From NCBI GenBank assembly GCA_964605995.1, contig CAZSEN010000002.1, positions 5,350 to 42,633 on the forward strand: DNA of 37,284 nucleotides. The letters are read 5' to 3'. Position numbers and translations under genes: made by a program. Within the stretch, counting starts at the first letter, position 1, and each line of letters begins with the position of its first letter. The notes under the pieces were generated by a model. It saw only the letters and a list, made by a program, of their open reading frames with translations. It was not told the DNA's origin and searched no databases. This document shows positions 16,912 to 25,407 of this stretch, one piece after another. This stretch comes from an uncultured Candidatus Saccharibacteria bacterium (GTDB lineage: Bacteria; Patescibacteriota; Minisyncoccia; Phycocordibacterales; UBA9973).

Positions 16912-17577
16912 AAATTTAATTGGTCATTTCTTGCCGGATAATTTACCCCCCAGTTTCACTGGGCTTAATCGCTTCAATCTCACACTTGCATGGGCATTAT
17001 CATTCATGATTTTGCCCTCTGCTTGTGTGTGTTCCTGATAGGGAACATCAAGGGAGGTCGGAGGGAATGTGTCCCTCCGCAAGATTGCAAGTTGGCGGTT
17101 TACGAAGTTTACCGTCAACTTGCAATCTTGCTCGAAGCGTTGGAGTGCGTCTGCATTTCCTTTGCGACTTTCCTTTTGAGGACAGTGAGTTTTCACCGGA
17201 TGGGAGATTACTCACCGTTCCTGTCCTCAATTGGATTGGAGCTTAGTGTGTGATGTTGAAGGTAAAGACGGGTTTTGATTTGGTACTGTGAACCTTATGG
17301 TAACCTCTGCATGTTGTCCGACTGATGGCAGATTTTGACAGTCCGTCAGTAAGTAATAGCCGATGATTGGCGGAAATTTTGGCAGAAAAAGTCGTTTGGT
17401 ACAATGCTTGAGGCAACAACCCGCTCCGCTGATGAGTGATTTGATGTAGCGGAAACGGGTTGTAATTGTGATATAAGCGGTCGCAAATATAGCTCCTCAA
17501 ACGATAAATCCAAATCACGGTAGGAAATTCTCCCGCACCTACACTCCTTGTGGGCGAGCTGTAAATCCTTAGAAAGT
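16912..17577. other. 660-nt ORF-poor, hairpin-dense non-coding region (candidate large structured RNA or DNA element)
   Basis: Stems at 17060-17078 (7 bp), 17079-17131 (16-bp perfect arms), 17178-17228 (8 bp plus 5 bp nested) and 17417-17462 (7 bp plus 6 bp nested). Only low-complexity shadow ORFs are present. Confidence 0.55.
17122..17286. repeat. copy 1 of ~165-nt structured repeat
   Basis: Aligns with 19389-19583 and looks highly similar by eye. Includes the conserved nested hairpin gaggacag..ctgtcctc. Confidence 0.7.
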
Positions 17578-17706
17578 ATGAGTAAGAAATCTACTTCCGG
17601 TGGGAGCAAGTATCGTAGCGCGAAAACGGGTCAATACGTTAAACCGAGTTACGGGAAAAGTCATCCGAGCACCACGGTAAAAGAAACCGACCGCAAGAAG
17701 AAGTAA
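17578..17706 (+). CDS. small basic protein (42 aa), not in ORF track
   Basis: MSKKSTSGGSKYRSAKTGQYVKPSYGKSHPSTTVKETDRKKK. The motif AKTGQYVK...HPSTTVKE resembles a widespread small-protein family I cannot name. Followed by its own terminator. Confidence 0.45.
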   Translation: MSKKSTSGGSKYRSAKTGQYVKPSYGKSHPSTTVKETDRKKK

Positions 17707-17719
17707 TTCTTCAGGTTCA

Positions 17720-17768
17720 CCCTGTCGACAGTATGCGGAAGAGTCATTCTTTCGACAGGGTTTCTATT
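17720..17768 (+). terminator. intrinsic terminator-like hairpin
   Basis: ccctgtcga (17720-17728) pairs with tcgacaggg (17752-17760), followed by TTTCTATT. Confidence 0.5.
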
Positions 17769-17814
17769 CACTTAAATCAATAACGTATTTGTAAACACTA
17801 ATAAATTACCTGGC

Positions 17815-18756
17815 ATGAAACACCTTTACCACGCGCGCGACTACTTCAGGAGCGCACTTCAACCTTCATATTCATCATTCGCTAACGAGAGTATCGGATT
17901 CATTTCCGAGTCCTTTTATGGACACGCCCGAAATTTCAGTGGAAGTAATTATGGCGACTTACTTTTAAGCGTTTGCACGGTTAGAGGCTCGTACCTGCAA
18001 CTTGTGTTTGATGCTGATGCCGGATGCACCGGTCATTCCTGTAATTGCATCAAGAATGATATTGCACGGAAATTCGGACTGCGACCACAACAGGTCTCGG
18101 TTCACAATGCCTCAATGGATGTCCCTCAATTTTCTGCTTTGCAAGTTGGAGACATGATTGCCCATGAGTCATTGCCAACATGGGGAACACTGGGCGGTTT
18201 TGCCATTGATAAGAATAACAATCGCCTTTCGCATATCGTTAGCAATAACCACGTTCTGGCAAATTCCAACAATGCAAAGATCGGGGATGATATTTATAAA
18301 AAAGGCACGAACCCTCGGCATATTGCAAAACTGCAGAATTACATTCCAATCCGCTTTGGTGGATACGCCAACGAACTTGATCTGGCAGTTGCCGAACTTG
18401 ATTCTGATGAACAGGTGGCGATAGGAAGTTATATCGGTTATCATCACCCACGACAAGGTGAGATCGTTACTAAAGTGGGCGCGAAGACAGGCACGACACA
18501 AGGCGTCGTGCAAGCAGATGATCGCGCTTTTAGGTTACACTACAATGGAAAGCTTGCCTTGTTTGTGGATCAACTTCTTATTACCGATGTGAATGGAGGT
18601 AATCAGTTCTCACAAGGCGGGGACTCTGGATCATTTATCTTCGGAGAAAATGGTGATTTCGTTGGCTTGCTCTTTGCGGGAGGAATAACCGGAACAAGCG
18701 CGAATCGAGGCGTGAACGTCGCCAGTAAACTTCAGGAATGGAAACTTTTACGCTAA
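17815..18756 (+). CDS. trypsin-like (S1 family) serine protease, no signal peptide
   Basis: Catalytic triad context: SNNHVLAN (His), ELDLAVAEL (Asp), GGDSGSFIF (Ser). N-terminal ~100-aa extension with CTGHSCNC. Confidence 0.8.
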   Translation: MKHLYHARDYFRSALQPSYSSFANESIGFISESFYGHARNFSGSNYGDLLLSVCTVRGSYLQLVFDADAGCTGHSCNCIKNDIARKFGLRPQQVSVHNASMDVPQFSALQVGDMIAHESLPTWGTLGGFAIDKNNNRLSHIVSNNHVLANSNNAKIGDDIYKKGTNPRHIAKLQNYIPIRFGGYANELDLAVAELDSDEQVAIGSYIGYHHPRQGEIVTKVGAKTGTTQGVVQADDRAFRLHYNGKLALFVDQLLITDVNGGNQFSQGGDSGSFIFGENGDFVGLLFAGGITGTSANRGVNVASKLQEWKLLR

Positions 18757-18762
18757 GAAATA

Positions 18763-18984
18763 ATGGATAACATTCGAGAATCAAAAAAAACTTTGCAGGC
18801 GCTCATTATTTCAAATGAGTTTGTAACCAGCATCACAACTCGGTACCGGGACACGGGTGAATATATTGAAGTTGGTGTTGCGGAAGCAAAATATATTTCC
18901 GAAGTCCTGTCTCATCTTGACGGAGGAAAGTGGCAGGGTTTCCCCGTTGAGGTAATTGTCGAACCTCCGTCGACACTATTGTGA
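18763..18984 (+). CDS. hypothetical small protein (73 aa), possible protease partner
   Basis: ATG 6 nt after the protease stop. The pattern YIEVGVAEAKYISEVLSHLDGGKWQGFPVEVIV is reminiscent of S1 pro-domain-like modules (weak). Confidence 0.5.
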   Translation: MDNIRESKKTLQALIISNEFVTSITTRYRDTGEYIEVGVAEAKYISEVLSHLDGGKWQGFPVEVIVEPPSTLL

Positions 18985-19020
18985 AACGCAGAAAAAATTC
19001 AATTTAACAACCAACCAATC

Positions 19021-19314
19021 ATGGAAGCATATATTACATATGACGTATCGAATCACGGTCAAAGCGAAGTTAAGTCTGGAATGAAGAAACTAGGCTATTC
19101 GGACAGATGGAAGGCGCATGACAAAATATATTATTTACCTAATACAACTTTGTGGAAAGATGACACGGAATTGTCACAGGCTTGTGCCGATATTAAGAGC
19201 GTAATAGCAAACATAAATGCGGGCAGGGCAGCTAACAACAAGGTCCATCTTGAAAGATGCATTGTTGTTTCGGCAAGTCCGTGGTTTGGTATTCCTGGTG
19301 AACCGCATCAGTAG
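19021..19314 (+). CDS. hypothetical small protein (97 aa)
   Basis: ATG ORF. The N-terminal ITYDVSNHGQSEVKSGMKKLGY looks ferredoxin-like, but no family is assigned. Confidence 0.5.
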   Translation: MEAYITYDVSNHGQSEVKSGMKKLGYSDRWKAHDKIYYLPNTTLWKDDTELSQACADIKSVIANINAGRAANNKVHLERCIVVSASPWFGIPGEPHQ

Positions 19315-19388
19315 ATGCCTTATTAGTCAATAAAGGACATTCAATCGGTAAGGAAGGACACGTAAGCAAAACCGCGCGGAGGCGAAGC

Positions 19389-19583
19389 GTAATCCTGCTC
19401 GAAACATTGAGTGCGTCTGTATTTCCCTTGCGACAATCCTTTTGAAGACAGTGAGTTTTCACCGGAGAGGGGATTACTCACCGATCCTGTCCTCAATTGG
19501 ATTGGAGCTTAGTGGATGATGTGGACGGTAAAGACGTGTATCAAAAAAACCGGTCGTCGAGACCGGCTTTTGATTTTGGTATG
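19389..19583. repeat. copy 2 of ~165-nt structured repeat (with inserted terminator hairpin)
   Basis: Aligns with 17122-17286. The nested hairpin 19444-19494 is conserved. Confidence 0.7.
19549..19571. terminator. bidirectional intrinsic terminator
   Basis: aaaaaaa-ccggtc-gtcga-gaccgg-ctttt, between convergent genes. Confidence 0.6.
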
Positions 19584-19591
19584 CTTGAATC

Positions 19592-20053
19592 TCACAACAA
19601 CCCATCATCCGCGAAGCTGAAATAGTTCGGTGATGCTTCCGGGTATGAGGATATGATGATGTGATCTAAGAGTGATACATCCATGATCGAACATGCATCG
19701 CCAATGCGCTTGGTAAGCTGAATATCCTGTTGGGAAGGTTTTACATCGCCTGCGGGATGATTGTGGAATAGAATGATGCCGGACGCATTCGCCAGAAGCG
19801 CGAACTGCATGACGATTTTCGGATCGACGACGGTAGTGCTTACACCGCCCATCGAGACGATGCACTTGCGCAAGATGCGATTCGCGCGGTTTAACATCAG
19901 CATCCCGAAGAATTCACGATGCGCGATCTGGCCATCAGGGATTGTCGAGCGGCATGGTTCTACGGCATCAGAGCTTTGCATGATCTTCACTGCGGGAAGT
20001 TCTGTTTTCTTGTAGATGAGTTCAACATCGCTGATTGTGAGCTTGGTTTTCAT
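19592..20053 (-). CDS. radC: RadC-like JAB domain protein (short form)
   Basis: GGVSTTVVDPKIVMQFALLANASGIILFHNHPAGDVKPSQQDIQLTKRI is the RadC/JAB signature (HNHPxG...PSxxD). At 153 aa it lacks the HhH N-terminus. Confidence 0.85.
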   Translation of the reverse strand: MKTKLTISDVELIYKKTELPAVKIMQSSDAVEPCRSTIPDGQIAHREFFGMLMLNRANRILRKCIVSMGGVSTTVVDPKIVMQFALLANASGIILFHNHPAGDVKPSQQDIQLTKRIGDACSIMDVSLLDHIIISSYPEASPNYFSFADDGLL

Positions 20054-20085
20054 AGACCTTCTTTTTGCGGATTCCGCTGTCGCCA

Positions 20086-20325
20086 GGGATTCCTGTTAGA
20101 TAGGTCTCTTTTGCGAGCGATGGATGTTACATCGGGTTTCAAGCTGACCGAAAGCGAAGGGAAAACTCAATGCGGAGCAAATAAAAACGGAGCGGATGAT
20201 TCAAAAGTTCGTGGGTTCCCTCATTCCCAAAAAAACAAACAATACGATGAGGGGGAACAGACTTTTGTCGAGTCAGCATGAAACTTGACTGTCGGGGGCA
20301 TACAATCCTATCTAACGGGAATTCC
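20086..20325. repeat. 19-bp imperfect inverted repeat enclosing ~200 nt upstream of radC
   Basis: gggattcctgttagatagg (20086-20104) against cctatctaacgggaattcc (20307-20325), 17 of 19 complementary. Confidence 0.4.
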
Positions 20326-20449
20326 GTTTAGACGATAGGGAAATGAAAGATGATCGTGAAAAAACTTTAGAGTTTTGGGGACAAGAACATTTAATTAAAA
20401 AAATGACAATTCTAGGTTAAAGAAGCAATATATTAGCAAAAAAGAAAAT

Positions 20450-21244
20450 ATGTTGGGACACTATCTTCTTATTGCATTTGGATCTCTTCTATCAGGCGGG
20501 GCCCTTTGGGAGTTCATCAAATTTATTCATCCCATAATTAAAGAAAGTAGTGAACGCAAAAGAGAAGCATATGCTTTTTTATCTCAAAACATTGATCCGA
20601 TTCTTAAGGCTGCGGATGAACTTTACGGCAAATTAGTTTCTTTATCGGACGAAGATTTTGCCGCATTTAAGACTTTATCAAATTCAGGATCAGATGAAAA
20701 ATCATTTGATCAAAACAAAAAGTACACATGTTATCTCTTTGCTCAATTTTGGGCACAATTAGAACATATCCGGATTCAAAGTCGTTATTCATCAATAACA
20801 CGCCTGAAAAAAGGGGTTCATCTATTGAGATTTATTCACACGTTTGAAACGAGGAAATTTCGGGTATTAGATCGGTCTCTCCAACGAATGATTGGTGAAA
20901 CAATGATAGCGGGTTCGAATGGAGGATTTAGAGTAATGAGCTTAAATGATTTTGTCAGAAAACTTGAAAATAAAAAACCGTCAGGGGTTAATAAATTGAT
21001 AAGCCACTTAGAAGGAGAATTGGATCGAGCTTACGATAAAGACACTCGGCAAAGAATTTTAAGATACGGGATCATTGTCTCTTCTTTTGTCAATCATTTT
21101 GATCCTGAACATAAATTTACTTTGAAAAGAAAAATCTATGTCAATAAACTAACTCCTGCCAGCAAGCGAATTTTGGGGAATTTTTTATTTCGTTTATACC
21201 TACCGTTTGTTTCAACTCCCAAAAGATATTATGGGGCAAATTGA
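20450..21244 (+). CDS. N-terminally TM-anchored helical protein, unknown function
   Basis: TM helix LLIAFGSLLSGGALWEFI followed by a 240-aa soluble helical region. Confidence 0.5.
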   Translation: MLGHYLLIAFGSLLSGGALWEFIKFIHPIIKESSERKREAYAFLSQNIDPILKAADELYGKLVSLSDEDFAAFKTLSNSGSDEKSFDQNKKYTCYLFAQFWAQLEHIRIQSRYSSITRLKKGVHLLRFIHTFETRKFRVLDRSLQRMIGETMIAGSNGGFRVMSLNDFVRKLENKKPSGVNKLISHLEGELDRAYDKDTRQRILRYGIIVSSFVNHFDPEHKFTLKRKIYVNKLTPASKRILGNFLFRLYLPFVSTPKRYYGAN

Positions 21245-21511
21245 AAAGTCCCGCCGGGTACAACTTCTTCGCATTGCTGCAAAAAAGCACCCCCATTGGG
21301 ACTTTTGATTATCTTGAAACCTTGCGGCTTATAATCTATTTTCTAGTACTAAGATAGCACAAATCAGGTAAAATAAATCCTTCTTATTGTGGACAGAATT
21401 TATATCCCTGAATATCAACTCCATACTTAGTATAAAAATCTATCATAAAGTTGTCAATGGGGTTTTCTGAGAGAAAATATGACGAAAATAGAGTCAAGTT
21501 ATTCTTCATAT

Positions 21512-21730
21512 TCAAAAATCAAAAAGTTCTTTCATCCCCACATCCAGCACTACCGCAATCGCATGAAGTGTGTCATGCGTCACATTTGTCTTACCGCTTT
21601 CCAACTGCGACACCAGTTCGCGGCTTAGGCCAGCCTCAAATCCCAATTGCTGCTGAGAAATTCCCTGATTCTTTCTCGCCCTGCGGATGTTCATTCCTAA
21701 TTTCTTCCTGGAAGCCCTTACGGAGATCAT
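21512..21730 (-). CDS. XRE-family HTH transcriptional regulator
   Basis: IRRARKNQGISQQQLGFEAGLSRELVSQLESGKTNVT. ATG at 21730; the track GTG is at 21736. Confidence 0.8.
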   Translation of the reverse strand: MISVRASRKKLGMNIRRARKNQGISQQQLGFEAGLSRELVSQLESGKTNVTHDTLHAIAVVLDVGMKELFDF

Positions 21731-22014
21731 TTTCACCGGAAAAGGTCGGAAAGCCCGAATATTTTATGTGAAGTATACTGCATATATCCATTTTTCGTTT
21801 TACTTTCGTCATGTGAAGTATAATACACATGTAAAATCGCCCTCATGAAAGCAAAACGAAGTGTATCCGAAAAGTTGACAATAGAATGGTGTAGATGTAT
21901 ATTATTTTTAAATGTTCTTTCAGTTCTGTTTTGAATTGATGGGAGGTTTCTGTGAATCTGCCGTGGCAGGTTGCCAGAAATCTCCTAATCAATTCACGAA
22001 AAAAAAACAGAATC

Positions 22015-22482
22015 ATGAAGTACTTTAAAAATTGCGACGGGTTTGTGCTACTTGCTCTGGCATCCATACTAAACTGTTCTTGTGGAGGAGATAATAATAA
22101 ACTCCGTTCTTCCGATAAGTTAGCTAATAAATATGAAGATTATAGTAAAGTGGAACTTTTTCTTGACGCAGACGAAGAAATTCCACATGTTGTTAGTGGC
22201 TGGTACGGTTGGGTTACATTAAAAATAACCTACATTGGATATGATCGTCCGAAAGCATACAATATTTCTGCTGATGTTTTTGAAGGCATGAATTATGAAG
22301 TCGGTTTTGATAATAGCAGCAACCTTTATAGCGATATTTTCCCTTTGACTGAAATTTTCACTATTCAACTTTCTTGTCCTCGAAAATATAAATCAGGCGA
22401 AATTCTTCCCATTAAATTTCGAGTCAAGTTTCCGAACCAAGAGAAAGAAAAAATTCTCCTAGTTCCTGTCAGGGTCGAATGA
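22015..22482 (+). CDS. lipoprotein, unknown function
   Basis: MKYFKNCDGFVLLALASILNCSCGG is a signal peptide with lipobox. I prefer the ATG at 22015 over the GTG at 21952. Confidence 0.5.
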   Translation: MKYFKNCDGFVLLALASILNCSCGGDNNKLRSSDKLANKYEDYSKVELFLDADEEIPHVVSGWYGWVTLKITYIGYDRPKAYNISADVFEGMNYEVGFDNSSNLYSDIFPLTEIFTIQLSCPRKYKSGEILPIKFRVKFPNQEKEKILLVPVRVE

Positions 22483-22498
22483 AAACAAAATCCCCTTA

Positions 22499-23140
22499 TC
22501 ACTTTTTATAGAGAAGGGGATTTTTTAATGTCATTTTCAGAGAATCCTCAGCCTTTTTAGCTCCCATGTATAGAATCTCGCTTTCAGAATGTATTTTATT
22601 TAACGAAGCTGCCCCGTCATTATTACCATAGAAATTTAAAAAAGCCTTAGTAAACTGATCTTTTTGATTATCGGAAAGCGTATCCTGTGTCAATAACAAG
22701 TTCAATAATTTTTCTTTATTTTGGATTACCGTGTCACGTTTTGCTTGGATAGTGATTACCATTTTCTCATCTCCAATTAACTGATAGATACTTTCCGATT
22801 TATCTAGATTTCTAAGTGTTGAATCGGCCATGTTCAATGTTTGTTTGGCTCCAACCTGCGCAAATAACACCGAGAAATTTCCATCTTTATCGGCGCTTAT
22901 TTTAACAGTCTTAAATTTGAAAGCAATTAAGAGACATAGAATAATTTGCATCACAAGAATAACAAGCCATTTGAAGCTCGTGCTGTTGTATAAAGACCAC
23001 CCGATAGTATTTTCTTTTTTTGGTCGACTTAGGAAATACCATATTATAAAAAAGAAAATAACTAGTGGAATAAATAATAATAAGTATGACCAATCTGTTA
23101 ATTCAAGGCGGGCTGTGCACAAAGTGTCATTCATAATCAT
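22499..23140 (-). CDS. two-TM membrane protein, unknown function
   Basis: TM helices LLLFIPLVIFFFIIWYFL and WLVILVMQIILCLLIAF. Lies 16 nt downstream of an XRE gene on the same strand. Confidence 0.5.
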   Translation of the reverse strand: MIMNDTLCTARLELTDWSYLLLFIPLVIFFFIIWYFLSRPKKENTIGWSLYNSTSFKWLVILVMQIILCLLIAFKFKTVKISADKDGNFSVLFAQVGAKQTLNMADSTLRNLDKSESIYQLIGDEKMVITIQAKRDTVIQNKEKLLNLLLTQDTLSDNQKDQFTKAFLNFYGNNDGAASLNKIHSESEILYMGAKKAEDSLKMTLKNPLLYKK

Positions 23141-23156
23141 TTGATTTTTTGAATGT

Positions 23157-23381
23157 TCAAAAAAACTTCTTCACCGCAACATCAAGTGCATTGCTGATTT
23201 TTCTCAGGTTCAGTGCCGTAATATTCGAATTTCCGGACTCTATGCGCGCGATTGCCGATTGCTCCATGTCGCATAAATCGCTCAACTCGGCTTGCGTCAT
23301 TTCTTTCTGCTTCCGATACTTCGCTATTCGCTTACCTATCTGCTTCAAATAAGCCTTTTCCTGTGCGGATACTGTCCCCAT
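23157..23381 (-). CDS. XRE-family HTH transcriptional regulator
   Basis: IAKYRKQKEMTQAELSDLCDMEQSAIARIESGNSNIT. Confidence 0.8.
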   Translation of the reverse strand: MGTVSAQEKAYLKQIGKRIAKYRKQKEMTQAELSDLCDMEQSAIARIESGNSNITALNLRKISNALDVAVKKFF

Positions 23382-23467
23382 TGCAGGAATTAAGGTGCAG
23401 GGATTTAATAAAAATCATTATAACGTATATGTTATAATTCGGATTTTCAACTATATTTGAAAAACGA

Positions 23468-24037
23468 ATGAGCATGAAAACGAACCTCTTTATTCTTCTT
23501 TTAGGACTTGGGTGGCTATCATCCTGTGATGAAAATAAAACGCCTGTTTCTGATACAAAGGCAGGTAGCGGTGAACAAGACACGACTGTGCAAAATGAGC
23601 TTGACCCTCGTATTGCAGTCGCAAGAGAATATGTGCTCAATGAAATCATAAAATCAAAACCATTGGAACTTACCGAATTCAAAAAGACAAACAGCTATGA
23701 AATGGAAGAGAGGGGAATAAGTCTCTACGTGATTGAATGGGAGACTCAAGCGATTATCAGGCAAGATGTGGTGATAGACGCTCTGAGTACAACCGGTAAA
23801 AATAATCTTATAAGCAGAGACCGATTAAGTGTCTATGCTAAGGGTGATCAAGTGTTTGATGATTGGGAAAGCAAACCTGTCTCTATATGGAGAAAGCATT
23901 ACAGAAAACTCTACACCGGCGCCGTCATACGATTAACAGGGGAGTGTAAACTTCAAAAAACGGAAAATGGTTGGAGGGTTGCTGATTTCCGTGGCGGGGA
24001 ATTCAAAACGTCTGAAATACTCAGTGAAGTGAATTAA
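23468..24037 (+). CDS. lipoprotein, unknown function
   Basis: Signal peptide with lipobox GWLSSC. Confidence 0.55.
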   Translation: MSMKTNLFILLLGLGWLSSCDENKTPVSDTKAGSGEQDTTVQNELDPRIAVAREYVLNEIIKSKPLELTEFKKTNSYEMEERGISLYVIEWETQAIIRQDVVIDALSTTGKNNLISRDRLSVYAKGDQVFDDWESKPVSIWRKHYRKLYTGAVIRLTGECKLQKTENGWRVADFRGGEFKTSEILSEVN

Positions 24038-24049
24038 AAAACATTAGCC

Positions 24050-25294
24050 ATGAAAATGACCCAACTTTCAAGACTTTGTATTTCAACAATTGTCTTTCTC
24101 CTAGTCCTCGCGGGATGTATTCAAAGAATATCAAAAACTGAAACAACGTATGTACTGATGCCGCACAAACAACCAAAGGACACGATCATCACCTATCTCC
24201 TGCCGGACATTCATCCTACTGTAACGACAAAACAAATGCAGACAAAAGGCGGGGTCTCCATTTCAGCGGAAATAATTCCGTTCAGAGTCGATAGCGGTAC
24301 AACTCCGAGATCAACAATAATAAATGCTGATCCAAAGATGCCTGGCTATGATGTGTCTGAAGTTGCCCACATTCCGCATTACACGCTCAGTACCGATAAC
24401 AAGACGCATAATATTGAATTTCGGTTACGGATACGAAACAATGAAGATGTCCCATTGAGATTAAGTGAAATTGGTTTCGCAATAATCATTGACGGATTGC
24501 AATTTTCCTTTCCGCAGGAACAAACTGAAGAGTGGGATAAGGGAATTGTCCTTACCGGATTTGAGAGGAATGATATTATTATTCGTGGTCCCGAATTTAG
24601 CGGGCTGAACAACGCGAAAGTTGTATACCTTTTTCTCAATGGCGTTCCTACTTCTTATGACACTGCGGGCAACATCACACAAAAGAGCAACTTTGAATGG
24701 TACTTCCAGATTGCATCGCAAACTATACAAAAAAGCTGCAAAATTTTTTATACCTATGAAATGCAACCGGTATACACTGAGACATGTAAAGCGTGCAGTG
24801 GCACCGGTGCCAATCCTACGGAATCAGTCTGCCCTATATGTAAGGGGACGGGTGTTTTCTTGAAGCTCACTTGTAGTACGTGCGGTGGCACAGGAAAAGT
24901 ACATTACAAGTGCACTCACTGTAGTGGTACGGGTTCAATCTCATTTCCAAAATCACCGCCCCCGCAGATCGCTGGCAATGAAGTTTGGACAGGATGGAAA
25001 GTCAAAGTCGTGACGCGTCCTGCAGGAGCAACAATCAGTCAATACAATCCACAGACAGCGCAATATGAACCAGTAAAGCAATATTCCTCTCAAACGCTGG
25101 CTTTTACTCCATACACGATCAATTGGTACTCAGGTAAAGTCGGTGGAACGAATCAATATCCAATACTTATCGAATTTAACGGGAGAAAAGTAAAGGCCCT
25201 ACCGGTTAAAAAGTCTGGCAAGCCGTCGCCTTTTGTTCAAGTTGATTTTAGGGGAGCTGTGCCAATTGTGAAGGGAGGAAGGGAGGTTGAATAA
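24050..25294 (+). CDS. lipoprotein containing a complete DnaJ-type cysteine-rich zinc-finger module
   Basis: Lipobox LVLAGC. Residues 246-295 (nt 24785-24934) carry CKACSGTG, CPICKGTG, CSTCGGTG and CTHCSGTG. The C-terminal region looks like a beta-rich PEGA-type fold (weak). Confidence 0.7.
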   Translation: MKMTQLSRLCISTIVFLLVLAGCIQRISKTETTYVLMPHKQPKDTIITYLLPDIHPTVTTKQMQTKGGVSISAEIIPFRVDSGTTPRSTIINADPKMPGYDVSEVAHIPHYTLSTDNKTHNIEFRLRIRNNEDVPLRLSEIGFAIIIDGLQFSFPQEQTEEWDKGIVLTGFERNDIIIRGPEFSGLNNAKVVYLFLNGVPTSYDTAGNITQKSNFEWYFQIASQTIQKSCKIFYTYEMQPVYTETCKACSGTGANPTESVCPICKGTGVFLKLTCSTCGGTGKVHYKCTHCSGTGSISFPKSPPPQIAGNEVWTGWKVKVVTRPAGATISQYNPQTAQYEPVKQYSSQTLAFTPYTINWYSGKVGGTNQYPILIEFNGRKVKALPVKKSGKPSPFVQVDFRGAVPIVKGGREVE

Positions 25295-25407
25295 GATCGT
25301 AATCACCAAAAGAATATATTTCATCAGCGTGAAAACAGGAACGGAATCCTTCATGCAACGAGTACTCATTTCACGATAGGGATTGCTACGGAACAAAAAA
25401 ACTTCAC

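Noticed and set aside
16924-17196. Minus-strand ORFs 16924-17196 and 19232-19462, both starting MKTHC
   Set aside because: The similarity covers only about the first 18 codons and continues into non-coding upstream DNA, and the downstream sequences are unrelated. They are convergent with real genes and lie on the structured repeat, so they are shadow ORFs of a DNA/RNA repeat.
17060-17290. Retron msr/msd-like ncRNA (long perfect hairpin plus flanking stems)
   Set aside because: No reverse transcriptase ORF (no YxDD-type motif) appears in any frame in the window, and I could not define the a1/a2 terminal inverted repeats. It is kept only as an unclassified structured element.
17429-17456. Hammerhead-ribozyme-like core (CUGAUGA ... 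GAAAC)
   Set aside because: The sequence between the two boxes cannot form stem II with the required G10.1-C11.1 closure. The local sequence folds better as a simple nested hairpin (caacccg/cgggttg with tccgct/agcgga).
17122-19583. Integron attC-like cassette boundaries
   Set aside because: The repeat ends are not mutually complementary, so there is no R''/R' or L''/L' pairing and no GTTRRRY core. No IntI-type integrase with the extra domain is adjacent.
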